Origin: a virus
Lineage: Duplodnaviria; Caudoviricetes
Reading direction: 5' to 3' (one strand)
Virus record (IMG/VR): IMGVR_UViG_3300005512_000053
Location: 1-48,991 of that record
DNA length: 48,991 bases
Shown here: positions 1 through 7,546 of the stretch, one piece after another
How positions within the stretch are numbered: the first letter of the stretch is position 1
Layout of the letters: every line of letters begins with the position of its first letter
Translations under genes and position numbers: made by a program
The notes under the pieces: model-generated
What the model was told of the DNA's origin: nothing
Seen by the model: the letters and a program-made list of their open reading frames with translations, nothing else
The model's database searches: none

Positions 1-51
1 TCTACTGTTAGTGGCCGTAACGCACAGGGTGAAGGCGCAGCCTCAGAATAA
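1..51 (+). CDS. 3' end of an upstream gene, probably the portal protein (partial)
   Basis: Frame 1 reads STVSGRNAQGEGAASE* (TAA 49-51). Portal identity is inferred only from its position before the protease and capsid genes. Confidence 0.4.
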   Translation, partial: STVSGRNAQGEGAASE

Positions 52-88
52 AATATTACATTATTGTAACATTTTATAAAAAACAGTA

Positions 89-94
89 TATAAT
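89..94 (+). promoter_or_regulatory. -10 element (TATAAT) for the protease/capsid operon
   Basis: TATAAT in an AT-rich intergenic gap, 9 nt before ATG 104. Confidence 0.55.
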
Positions 95-103
95 GGAGCT
101 AGT

Positions 104-1462
104 ATGACTATCTTTAAAGCGCACTGGGATACCGAAGGCGACGACGTTCGCCTTTCAATGCCGTTCTCAAAAGTTGACCAAGAACGTAGAATTGTTTCTG
201 GTTTTGCAACTCTTGACAATGTAGACAAGCAATACGACATCGTAACAACCGATGCATCTCTTCAGGCTTTCTCTAAGTTTCGCGGAAACATTCGTGAGAT
301 GCACCAGCCTTCTGCTGTTGGCCGCATGGTGTCATTTAAAGAGGATAAGTATTTTGATCCCGACACCAAGAAATTCTATAGCGGCGTTTATGTTTCTGCG
401 TATATTTCAAAGGGCGCCCAAGATACTTGGGAAAAGGTTATGGATGGAACATACACAGGTTTTTCAATTGGTGGGAAAATGCTAAAGTGGGATGACGCAT
501 ACGATGAGAAGATGGATTCTCAGGTTCGTATTATTAAAGAATATGATCTCGTAGAGCTTTCGCTTGTTGACTCCCCCGCAAATCAGTTTGCCAACATTCT
601 GTCTATCGAAAAGGTAGACGACACCAACGTTCTTAAGGGCGATGGTGTTGCAGAGTTGGAGAATGTATTCTGGGACGCAGAATCAGGCCTCGTCATACTG
701 TCTGATAATGAATCCGAGAATCACCCACTGTCGGGGGTATCGATGAAGAACATTGGTTTTGTAGAAAAGACCGATGCAGAGAAGACCGACATGATTAAGT
801 TCTTAGTTGATAGTGCTAAAGGCATTGATCTTTCTAAGATGACAGAGGAGGTAAGTCCTATGACTGACACAACAGAAAACCTTACAGAGAAATCTGATGA
901 GGTTGTTGAAGAAGTAGAGGTCGCTCCAGAGGTAGAAGCTGAGACAGAAGAAGTTGTCGAAGAGGAAGTTGCCGAGAAGGCAGATTCCGTCGAGGGCTCT
1001 GGGGATGCAGAAGCCGAGGTTGAAAAGGCCGACGCTGCTGAAGCTGACGTTGAAAAGGCTGATGACGTAGAGTCTGATGTCGAAAAGGCCGATGCTGTCG
1101 AGGTAGAAGAGGTAGCCAAGTCCGACGATGTTAACATTGCTGACGCAGTTGTTGAAATTAAGGATACCCTCTCATCAGCCTTTAGCGATCTAGCAGAAAC
1201 CGTTAAGTCTCTACACGAGCAGGTTAATGCACTCAACAAGTCAATTACTGGTGTATCCGATGAGCTATCAGCAACTAAAAAAGAAATTGCTGATGCTAAG
1301 GGCCAGTTTGATGAGTTTGGTAAGCGTGTCGATGCTGTAGAGCAAGACACTGCTTTCCGTAAATCTGGCGATCTAGGCGAGATCGTGCAGGAACAGCCAG
1401 AAATGGTTGAAAAATCCCTATGGGGCGGTCGTTTCCTCAAAACTGCCGACTTATTCAATTAA
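104..1462 (+). CDS. HK97-type prohead protease fused to an acidic/coiled-coil scaffold domain
   Basis: N-terminal motifs VSGFAT..D...D, REMH, GFSIGG, ELSLVDSPAN fit the HK97 protease family. The C-terminal half is acidic and coiled-coil-like. Directly upstream of the capsid gene. Confidence 0.85.
   Translation: MTIFKAHWDTEGDDVRLSMPFSKVDQERRIVSGFATLDNVDKQYDIVTTDASLQAFSKFRGNIREMHQPSAVGRMVSFKEDKYFDPDTKKFYSGVYVSAYISKGAQDTWEKVMDGTYTGFSIGGKMLKWDDAYDEKMDSQVRIIKEYDLVELSLVDSPANQFANILSIEKVDDTNVLKGDGVAELENVFWDAESGLVILSDNESENHPLSGVSMKNIGFVEKTDAEKTDMIKFLVDSAKGIDLSKMTEEVSPMTDTTENLTEKSDEVVEEVEVAPEVEAETEEVVEEEVAEKADSVEGSGDAEAEVEKADAAEADVEKADDVESDVEKADAVEVEEVAKSDDVNIADAVVEIKDTLSSAFSDLAETVKSLHEQVNALNKSITGVSDELSATKKEIADAKGQFDEFGKRVDAVEQDTAFRKSGDLGEIVQEQPEMVEKSLWGGRFLKTADLFN
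860..1462 (+). CDS. Putative nested in-frame scaffold protein (200 aa, internal start Met253)
   Basis: GAGGAGGT at 845-852, then 7 nt, then an in-frame ATG at 860 where the acidic domain begins. Confidence 0.6.
   Translation: MTDTTENLTEKSDEVVEEVEVAPEVEAETEEVVEEEVAEKADSVEGSGDAEAEVEKADAAEADVEKADDVESDVEKADAVEVEEVAKSDDVNIADAVVEIKDTLSSAFSDLAETVKSLHEQVNALNKSITGVSDELSATKKEIADAKGQFDEFGKRVDAVEQDTAFRKSGDLGEIVQEQPEMVEKSLWGGRFLKTADLFN
1010..1102 (+). repeat. 30-bp period coding tandem repeat (VEKAD units)
   Basis: GTTGAAAAGGCC at 1019, GTTGAAAAGGCT at 1049, GTCGAAAAGGCC at 1079. Confidence 0.8.
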
Positions 1463-1486
1463 GCAAAATCACTTAGGAGGTGAAAT

Positions 1487-2605
1487 ATGTCGGAAGAGAT
1501 TAAGAAAAACAACCCAGATGCAAGTGGTGATGACTCCGGTCGTTACAACGCAGAAGGCGCATTCGCGTCTGGTGGCATTGGAGGCGTTTCCAACCCCGGT
1601 GCAGACACACTAGGAAACGTTCCAACTGCTGAGTTTGGTGTTACAACAGGACCAAACGCTGTAAACCCTTCAGGTGACGCAGGCAGTGGTATTCTCCGTC
1701 CCGAACAGGCACGTCGTTTTATTGACTACGTGTGGGATGGTACTGTTCTCGCCAAAGATGGTCGCCGCGTAACTATGCGTGCCAACACTATGGAACTTGA
1801 AAAAGTTAACGTAGGTGAGCGCGTTATTCGTGCGGCTTCTCAGGGTGTAGGTGACTACACCAACACAGGTGCAACCTTCTCCAAGGTGGAACTTACTACA
1901 AAGAAGATCCGTCTTGACTGGGAGGTCAGCGCTGAAGCACTCGAAGACAACATTGAAGGTGCTGCTCTGGAAGATCACCTTGTTCGCTTGATGACAAATG
2001 CATTTGCAAATGACATCGAGGACCTAGCCATTAATGGCGATGGTGCAACAGGTAGCTTCCTTTCGATCCTTAACGGGTTCGTAAACCGCGTAAAGACTAA
2101 CGGCGACGCACACGAGTACGTTGCTACGGTTACCGACAACGATTGGACTACAGAGGTTATGCAGGGAATTCTCCTTGCCATGCCCCGCAAGTACCGTGCG
2201 TTGAAGAACAACCTAAAGTTCTACGCAGGCACCGACGCATTCCAGGGTATCGTTAAGAACAACGGTACTCTTGCAGATGCAATTGCTGAAGCCTTTGCTG
2301 GTACACCAGCTGGTACAGAGCGCAACCGTCAGGCATACCTTGACGGTCAGGCCCAGACTATGGGTACTGCTCGCACCACTCGTGTTCTTGGCATTGACGT
2401 TCTAGAGGTACCCTACTACCCAGCCGGTTATGTCGATATGACATTCCCAGCTAACCGTGTATGGGGCTTCCAGCGCGACATCACCGTTAACCGCGAGTAT
2501 GTTGCGAAGAAGGACACGATCGAGTACACCGTATTCGTTCGCTTCGGTATTCAGTGGGAAGAAGAAGACGCTGTGGCATACGCTGACGCAGCTGCTGATT
2601 CCTAA
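1487..2605 (+). CDS. Major capsid protein (HK97 fold)
   Basis: 372 aa after the protease; strong RBS AGGAGGTG; GILRPEQARRF and EDNIEG...FANDIEDLAINGDG motifs; biased codon usage; followed by a terminator. Confidence 0.9.
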   Translation: MSEEIKKNNPDASGDDSGRYNAEGAFASGGIGGVSNPGADTLGNVPTAEFGVTTGPNAVNPSGDAGSGILRPEQARRFIDYVWDGTVLAKDGRRVTMRANTMELEKVNVGERVIRAASQGVGDYTNTGATFSKVELTTKKIRLDWEVSAEALEDNIEGAALEDHLVRLMTNAFANDIEDLAINGDGATGSFLSILNGFVNRVKTNGDAHEYVATVTDNDWTTEVMQGILLAMPRKYRALKNNLKFYAGTDAFQGIVKNNGTLADAIAEAFAGTPAGTERNRQAYLDGQAQTMGTARTTRVLGIDVLEVPYYPAGYVDMTFPANRVWGFQRDITVNREYVAKKDTIEYTVFVRFGIQWEEEDAVAYADAAADS

Positions 2606-2622
2606 ACCATAAATTAATACCC

Positions 2623-2663
2623 ATAAAGGGGCAGGGACTTCGGTTCCTGCCCCTTTATTTATT
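2623..2663 (+). terminator. Rho-independent terminator after the capsid gene
   Basis: ATAAAGGGGCAGGGAC-TTCG-GTTCCTGCCCCTTTAT hairpin (cUUCGg loop) with a T-rich tail. Confidence 0.9.
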
Positions 2664-2664
2664 C

Positions 2665-2673
2665 TGTTATAAT
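2665..2673 (+). promoter_or_regulatory. Extended -10 promoter TGTTATAAT
   Basis: TGn-TATAAT right after the terminator; RBS AGGAGG at 2688-2693 before ATG 2700. Confidence 0.7.
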
Positions 2674-2699
2674 AGAGATATCTATATAGGAGGCATTTA

Positions 2700-3059
2700 A
2701 TGTCAGAAAACGATGCATGGAATGGTTCAGTGTCTGATAGCCACGCAGATCTAATTACCGCAAAAGCAACAAAAAAGCGGTCAGATGGCGATGGTACAGA
2801 CGTTGTTGGATCATTAGAGACGGGTGCAATTGGCGTAAAGAAGTCAGCACCAAAAAAGAAAGCAACAACAACACAGCCCAAAAAAGAAAAAGAGCCTACT
2901 GTTGCTCTGCACTCTACAAAAAATGTTGTTTGGGAAAATGTTGGCAAGTTAGCTAAAGGCTATAACATTGTTCCAGCCGCAGCCGCTGAGAAATGGCTCA
3001 CGCGCAGTCACGTTCGTGAAGCCACTCCAGAAGAGATTGCTAGAGAATACGGTAAGTAA
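2700..3059 (+). CDS. Hypothetical protein in the head module
   Basis: 119-aa ORF with an AGGAGG RBS and a Lys-rich centre. Confidence 0.7.
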   Translation: MSENDAWNGSVSDSHADLITAKATKKRSDGDGTDVVGSLETGAIGVKKSAPKKKATTTQPKKEKEPTVALHSTKNVVWENVGKLAKGYNIVPAAAAEKWLTRSHVREATPEEIAREYGK

Positions 3060-3061
3060 AA

Positions 3062-3940
3062 ATGGAAATACTGAGGGTTCCGTCATACACCACTGATGCT
3101 GTAATTAATGTATCTAGTGCTTCTACTGGATATAATTACACCATCACGGATATGGCGGACCAATCAGTAACCACAGGAACTGTAACATCTACGTCTGCTT
3201 CTAAAGTAACAATTACGCTACCCTCGGAATACGACGGGTCTTACGTTGTAAATGTAGACAGCACAGACAACTACATCGATGTTGTTAGGCCATACGTTGA
3301 TCCAACTACTAAGGGCGAAACCGCAACGGACATTGCAGATTATACAAAGTATGAATCTATTGCAAGATCAATTATTGACTCAGTAATTATTGAAGGTTTT
3401 TATTACAAGAAAAAGATAATTGAAACAACCGGTTTGGGATCAGATTATATTCCTCTTTGGGTAAACGCTAAAAAAGTTTTAAAGCTTTATGAAAACAACG
3501 TTTTGCTTTTTGATGCGGCAGATCCAGAAAGCTATAGCACCTCTTACACAATAACTCAAGACAACACAGCTATTGTAGAGGTTTATGAAGGAAATATAAA
3601 CAGGCTTGAGTCTGCCAATCTAATTATGCCAACTAGCGGATCAGACATTATTGACATCAAGTATGTTTATCGTGGCTTCCCTAGAACCTTTGACTACAGC
3701 GTTTTGCTAGCTGTGGGATATCCCAATGTACCCACCGACATTATTAGAGCGGCAGAGCTACTTATTGACGACATTGCCTGTGGAAAACTAGATTATGTAG
3801 AGCGATACATGAAGTCTTACCAGACTGATCAATTTAAAATTGGCTTCGACAATAGAGTTTTCGAAGGAACGGGGAATTTCGTAGTAGACAAGATTTTATC
3901 TAATTATGCCAAGTCTATTACTAAGCTTGGGGTGTTGTAA
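3062..3940 (+). CDS. Putative head-tail adaptor protein
   Basis: 292 aa; C-terminal GYPNVPTDIIRAAELLI resembles adaptor proteins; position after the capsid gene. Confidence 0.55.
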   Translation: MEILRVPSYTTDAVINVSSASTGYNYTITDMADQSVTTGTVTSTSASKVTITLPSEYDGSYVVNVDSTDNYIDVVRPYVDPTTKGETATDIADYTKYESIARSIIDSVIIEGFYYKKKIIETTGLGSDYIPLWVNAKKVLKLYENNVLLFDAADPESYSTSYTITQDNTAIVEVYEGNINRLESANLIMPTSGSDIIDIKYVYRGFPRTFDYSVLLAVGYPNVPTDIIRAAELLIDDIACGKLDYVERYMKSYQTDQFKIGFDNRVFEGTGNFVVDKILSNYAKSITKLGVL

Positions 3941-4386
3941 TGAACTGTGGATCTAAAGACCCCCTGTACCCCATGCAGGCAGATATCTTCTACCCAGAGG
4001 TCACACAGGGCGCCTACGGCAATGTTTCTAAGGACTGGATGAAAGACAGAACTCTTGTGTGCAGTCTAGGACCAGCGGGATCTCGATTCAAAGAAGAGCT
4101 TACCCCTAATGTTGACATTAGCATTGAGTCTTTGCTAATTGGAAGATTTAAGGAAGATATTCGTTTTTCTCAAGACGATAGAGGCAAGGCCATGACTAAC
4201 ATTGTTATTAGCAATGTTAAGGACAGAAACTGTCAAGAGATTTATGTTGAGCCAGCAGGACCACGTAAAAATCAATCGACTATCTTCGAGGTCGCAACTG
4301 TTACTCCACATGTTGGACCCTTTGGTAAGGTAGAGTATTACAGAGTAATCTTACGCAGATCTGAGAATCAGGCGGTAGACGTATGA
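3940..4386 (+). CDS. Putative head-tail stopper/closure protein
   Basis: 148 aa, TAATG-coupled; assignment from synteny. Confidence 0.45.
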   Translation: MNCGSKDPLYPMQADIFYPEVTQGAYGNVSKDWMKDRTLVCSLGPAGSRFKEELTPNVDISIESLLIGRFKEDIRFSQDDRGKAMTNIVISNVKDRNCQEIYVEPAGPRKNQSTIFEVATVTPHVGPFGKVEYYRVILRRSENQAVDV

Positions 4387-5057
4387 TAGTGGCTAGGTTT
4401 AAAACTTCTGACTTTCAAAAAGAAATGAAAGCATTAATACGGTATACAAATGGCTTTTTAGATGGCGCAAGAGATGGCAAGCAAGAACTTTTGCACACCA
4501 TTGGAAAAAAGACGGTAGAAATGTTGAATGATTTTATTGATGCCAATGCTAGAACAAATGATGCAGTTCTACATCACGTTTACGAGTGGTATCAGTCTGG
4601 CAGCCCCAACGCAAGACTCTTTGACATAGAGTATAAGGTTTCTGGTGGTGGGCTAACCTTTAGTTCTACATTCAGACAATCTTCTTCTGTTAGCTCTGGA
4701 TCAACAGTCCCCTTTTATGATAAAGCCAGAATTATGGAGCAAGGAATACCCGTTAGAATTAAACCAGTTAGAGCACAGGTCCTAGCTTTTGAAGACAACG
4801 GAGATCAAGTTTTTACCAAGTCCGAGGTTACTGTAAGAAATCCAGGAGGACAGCAAGCCGCAGGTGGCTTTAAGAATACTGCAGATGTATTTTTTAACTC
4901 TTACTGGAAACAGTCATTCCTACAAGTTACCGGAATTGACAGAATTCTAGCTAACACAACACAGTTTAAGCAAAATCTACCAAAGGCAAAAGCTGGGGGT
5001 AGGGCAGCAGGCTATGATGTTGGCTATAGATGGATTTCAGCAAGAGGGGCTAGATAA
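4383..5057 (+). CDS. Putative neck/tail completion protein
   Basis: 224 aa, ATGA overlap; assignment from synteny. Confidence 0.4.
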   Translation: MIVARFKTSDFQKEMKALIRYTNGFLDGARDGKQELLHTIGKKTVEMLNDFIDANARTNDAVLHHVYEWYQSGSPNARLFDIEYKVSGGGLTFSSTFRQSSSVSSGSTVPFYDKARIMEQGIPVRIKPVRAQVLAFEDNGDQVFTKSEVTVRNPGGQQAAGGFKNTADVFFNSYWKQSFLQVTGIDRILANTTQFKQNLPKAKAGGRAAGYDVGYRWISARGAR

Positions 5058-5662
5058 TGGCTATTGATTATCCCCCAGTATTTATTAACAATTATTTAGC
5101 TGAAAAAATTTCTTCCGAGCTTCCCGATTATTTTTCGGGTAACGTAAAGTTTTTTCCAACACAGCCAACATCAATTGATACTTTGACAGAAGAATTTCCA
5201 GAGGCATCAGAAGAGGTTTTTGCTGTATACGACAGAATGTTTAGAATGAGAAGAAGCCCCTTTCCTCATAAAAGAGTAGAGCAGCTGCTATATTACTTTT
5301 ACAAAACTTCCGGTGGCGTCGAAGCTTTGATTGAGACAACCCAAACAGTTCAAGATCTTCTAGACAATGGAGACGAGTCTGCGGTAGACATGAATAGCTG
5401 GATTGGTGGAAAGCTGGCCATACCAACAGATACCGAATATATTTCTAGAGGTTTGGATGTTATAAAAGCAGGAAAAACATACTCCACCCTAAGATTTGGA
5501 ACAGGTTCTTCAGCAAAAGACTTTTTTCTGCCGTATTTTCACGAATTTAAAATTTATCAACTAGAGGAAGCTAGAGATATTATCGACTTCGGAACAGCTA
5601 GAACATACGCGGGAAACAAAATAATTATAGAGTACTGCTGGCACAAATCTGGGCCAGCATAA
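5057..5662 (+). CDS. Putative tail terminator protein
   Basis: 201 aa immediately upstream of the tail tube gene; assignment from synteny. Confidence 0.4.
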   Translation: MAIDYPPVFINNYLAEKISSELPDYFSGNVKFFPTQPTSIDTLTEEFPEASEEVFAVYDRMFRMRRSPFPHKRVEQLLYYFYKTSGGVEALIETTQTVQDLLDNGDESAVDMNSWIGGKLAIPTDTEYISRGLDVIKAGKTYSTLRFGTGSSAKDFFLPYFHEFKIYQLEEARDIIDFGTARTYAGNKIIIEYCWHKSGPA

Positions 5663-5683
5663 AACAAATTATTCAAAAACGGC

Positions 5684-5692
5684 TGATATAAT
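5684..5692 (+). promoter_or_regulatory. Extended -10 promoter TGATATAAT for the major tail gene
   Basis: TGn-TATAAT in the intergenic gap; RBS AGAGGTG before ATG 5746. Confidence 0.7.
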
Positions 5693-5745
5693 TATAGCGA
5701 GGAAACGCGCCTATTTATTTCTTAAGAAAGAAGAGGTGAAAAAAT

Positions 5746-6378
5746 ATGGCATATACACGTGGTTCAAACGCTAACATTATTGTTGGCGCTGCAGCCCTGT
5801 TCACTTATGAAGATGGTGAGCTGGCTAACACGGACTTGCCCGCCTACGTTGACGATGAGTCCTACAGGACAACTCTTTCGGACGATGTTTCGTTCCGTAA
5901 CGTAGGCTACACGATGAATGGTTTGGAACTTGTTTTCCAGCCTGACTTCGGAGAGGTACAGGTCGATCAGCTCCTTGACGTAGCTAAACTCTACAAGCAG
6001 GGTATGCAGGTTAACCTAAACACCGCTTTCGCTGAAGCAACACTAGAAAACCTTCTAGTTGCAGTTGCTGGAAAGTCAACAGATCTCGGTGCCGCAGATG
6101 GCTCTGGAGACATCACAATGAACCTGTCCGCAGGTGACATTGGTGAATGTCCCGTAGAGCGCGGTATGGTTGCTGTTGGTCCAGGAACTGGAGACTGTGC
6201 TGTAGGTGAAGACCTAGAGCGAGTTTACGTTGCTTTCCGTGCGCTCTCAATTGAGAACGTTACAGTTTCAGCAAAGCGCGACGAGCCCACAATGTTTGAG
6301 GTTTCGTTCCGTCTACTGCCTAACGACGATGCTACATACGGTAAGATCGTTGATCGTACCGTTCCTGCTGGTTCTTAG
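5746..6378 (+). CDS. Major tail (tube) protein
   Basis: 210 aa with codon bias like the capsid gene; NVGYTMNGLE and FAEATLENL motifs; followed by a terminator, chaperones and the TMP. Confidence 0.8.
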   Translation: MAYTRGSNANIIVGAAALFTYEDGELANTDLPAYVDDESYRTTLSDDVSFRNVGYTMNGLELVFQPDFGEVQVDQLLDVAKLYKQGMQVNLNTAFAEATLENLLVAVAGKSTDLGAADGSGDITMNLSAGDIGECPVERGMVAVGPGTGDCAVGEDLERVYVAFRALSIENVTVSAKRDEPTMFEVSFRLLPNDDATYGKIVDRTVPAGS

Positions 6379-6383
6379 TCATT

Positions 6384-6428
6384 AAATAAGTTTTGCCCAG
6401 GTCTTTTTGGCCTGGGCATTACTTATTT
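6384..6428 (+). terminator. Terminator-like hairpin after the major tail gene
   Basis: TGCCCAGGTC (6394-6403) pairs with GGCCTGGGCA (6409-6418), extended by AAATAAGT/ACTTATTT. Confidence 0.75.
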
Positions 6429-6436
6429 GATACACT
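6428..6436 (+). promoter_or_regulatory. Extended -10 TGATACACT, leaderless start of the long tail chaperone
   Basis: Ends 6 nt before ATG 6443; no SD sequence present. Confidence 0.6.
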
Positions 6437-6442
6437 TATTAT

Positions 6443-7132
6443 ATGGCTACTAAAATATATGAATCTGGACACGTTGAATTAATTGACGGAACCGAAATAA
6501 AGCTTGCACCACTTAAAATAAAATATCTCAGAGAGTTCATGGATGTCTTTGGTTTGATAGAATTTACCAAGAACGACGACCAGGCTATTGCTGTTTTGAC
6601 AGAATGCGCTACCGTTTGTATGAAGCAGTTTTATCCGCAAATTAAAGATAGGGCAGAGCTAGAAGATTCTGTAGACCTTCCTACTGTTTATAAAATTTTA
6701 GATCTTTGTGCTGGTATAAAGATCAACGAAGAAAAAGAAGAGATTGAAGCTCAAGCTAAACAGGAATCTGTTGAAAAAAATAGCTGGAAAGAGTTAGACT
6801 TGGCAGCACTAGAAGCAGAAGCCTTCCTTGTTGGTGCTTGGGAAAACTTTGAAGCTTTAGAGCTTTCTATTACTATGGCAGAGCTTTTGGCAATTATTGA
6901 AAGAGGCAGAGAGCTAGACTATCAAGAAAAGAAATTCTTGGCAGCAATTCAGGGGGTAGACCTTGACAAACAATCTGGAAAATCTTCTAATGCCTGGGAA
7001 GAAATGAAGGCCAGAGTTTTCAGCGGTGGTCAAACAGATAACCCTAACGACATACTTTCTTTTCAGGGTGTTAAAGCTCAACAAAACGGTTTTGGTATCG
7101 GAATGGGTCTTAGTTACGAAAAGCTTAATTAG
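6443..7132 (+). CDS. Tail assembly chaperone, long form (gpGT-like, in one frame)
   Basis: Between tail tube and TMP. The N-terminal ~100 aa are paralogous to 7216..7524, followed by a C-terminal extension (WENFEALELSITMAEL). Confidence 0.7.
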   Translation: MATKIYESGHVELIDGTEIKLAPLKIKYLREFMDVFGLIEFTKNDDQAIAVLTECATVCMKQFYPQIKDRAELEDSVDLPTVYKILDLCAGIKINEEKEEIEAQAKQESVEKNSWKELDLAALEAEAFLVGAWENFEALELSITMAELLAIIERGRELDYQEKKFLAAIQGVDLDKQSGKSSNAWEEMKARVFSGGQTDNPNDILSFQGVKAQQNGFGIGMGLSYEKLN

Positions 7133-7173
7133 TTTTGGGCAACGAAATACCCCGATAAATAAGGCCCCTTCTG

Positions 7174-7182
7174 TGTTATAAT
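7174..7182 (+). promoter_or_regulatory. Extended -10 promoter TGTTATAAT
   Basis: Intergenic; AGGAGG at 7198-7203 precedes ATG 7216. Confidence 0.7.
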
Positions 7183-7215
7183 ATAGTAGCCAATAAAAGG
7201 AGGCAGGATAAACAA

Positions 7216-7524
7216 ATGGCAACAAACGTAAATGAAGCAAAAGAAGTTGTTCTTGTAGACGGAACAAAGATCAAAATTAGACCACTAAAGATTTCTCTCC
7301 TGAGAACCTTTATGTCAAAGTTTGAGGGTATTCAAGGAGCAGCATCTGATAATGACAAGGCTATCGGAATTTTGATGGAGTGTGTACAAATTGCTATGAA
7401 GCAGTACAAGCCAGAAATTTCAGAAGACCTTGCTGCATTGGAAGAAATGCTAGACCTTCCAACGGTATATCAAATTGTTGAAGAGGCATCTGGAGTGAGA
7501 CTGACAGATTCTCTTATTAGCTAA
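7216..7524 (+). CDS. Tail assembly chaperone, short form (gpG-like)
   Basis: 102 aa directly before the TMP; paralog of the 6443 N-terminus (DGT.IK..PLKI..LR.FM, AI..L.EC....MKQ, DLPTVY.I). Confidence 0.7.
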   Translation: MATNVNEAKEVVLVDGTKIKIRPLKISLLRTFMSKFEGIQGAASDNDKAIGILMECVQIAMKQYKPEISEDLAALEEMLDLPTVYQIVEEASGVRLTDSLIS

Positions 7525-7546
7525 AAAAATAAGGGAGTAATGTTGA

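Noticed and set aside
1010-1102. 30-bp tandem repeat as a mini-CRISPR array
   Set aside because: It is an in-frame peptide repeat with synonymous variation and no spacer-length unique segments.
721-1458. 245-aa minus-strand ORF rich in Ser/Thr/Ala
   Set aside because: Antisense shadow of the acidic repetitive scaffold region; no recognisable motif.
1469-1483. Small hairpin TCACTT-AGG-AGGTGA over the capsid RBS
   Set aside because: Only 6 bp with a G-U pair and a 3-nt loop; too weak to call regulatory.
5718-5729. 12-bp palindrome TTTCTTAAGAAA in the tail tube leader
   Set aside because: Single AT-rich occurrence that I did not find at other promoters; may be chance.
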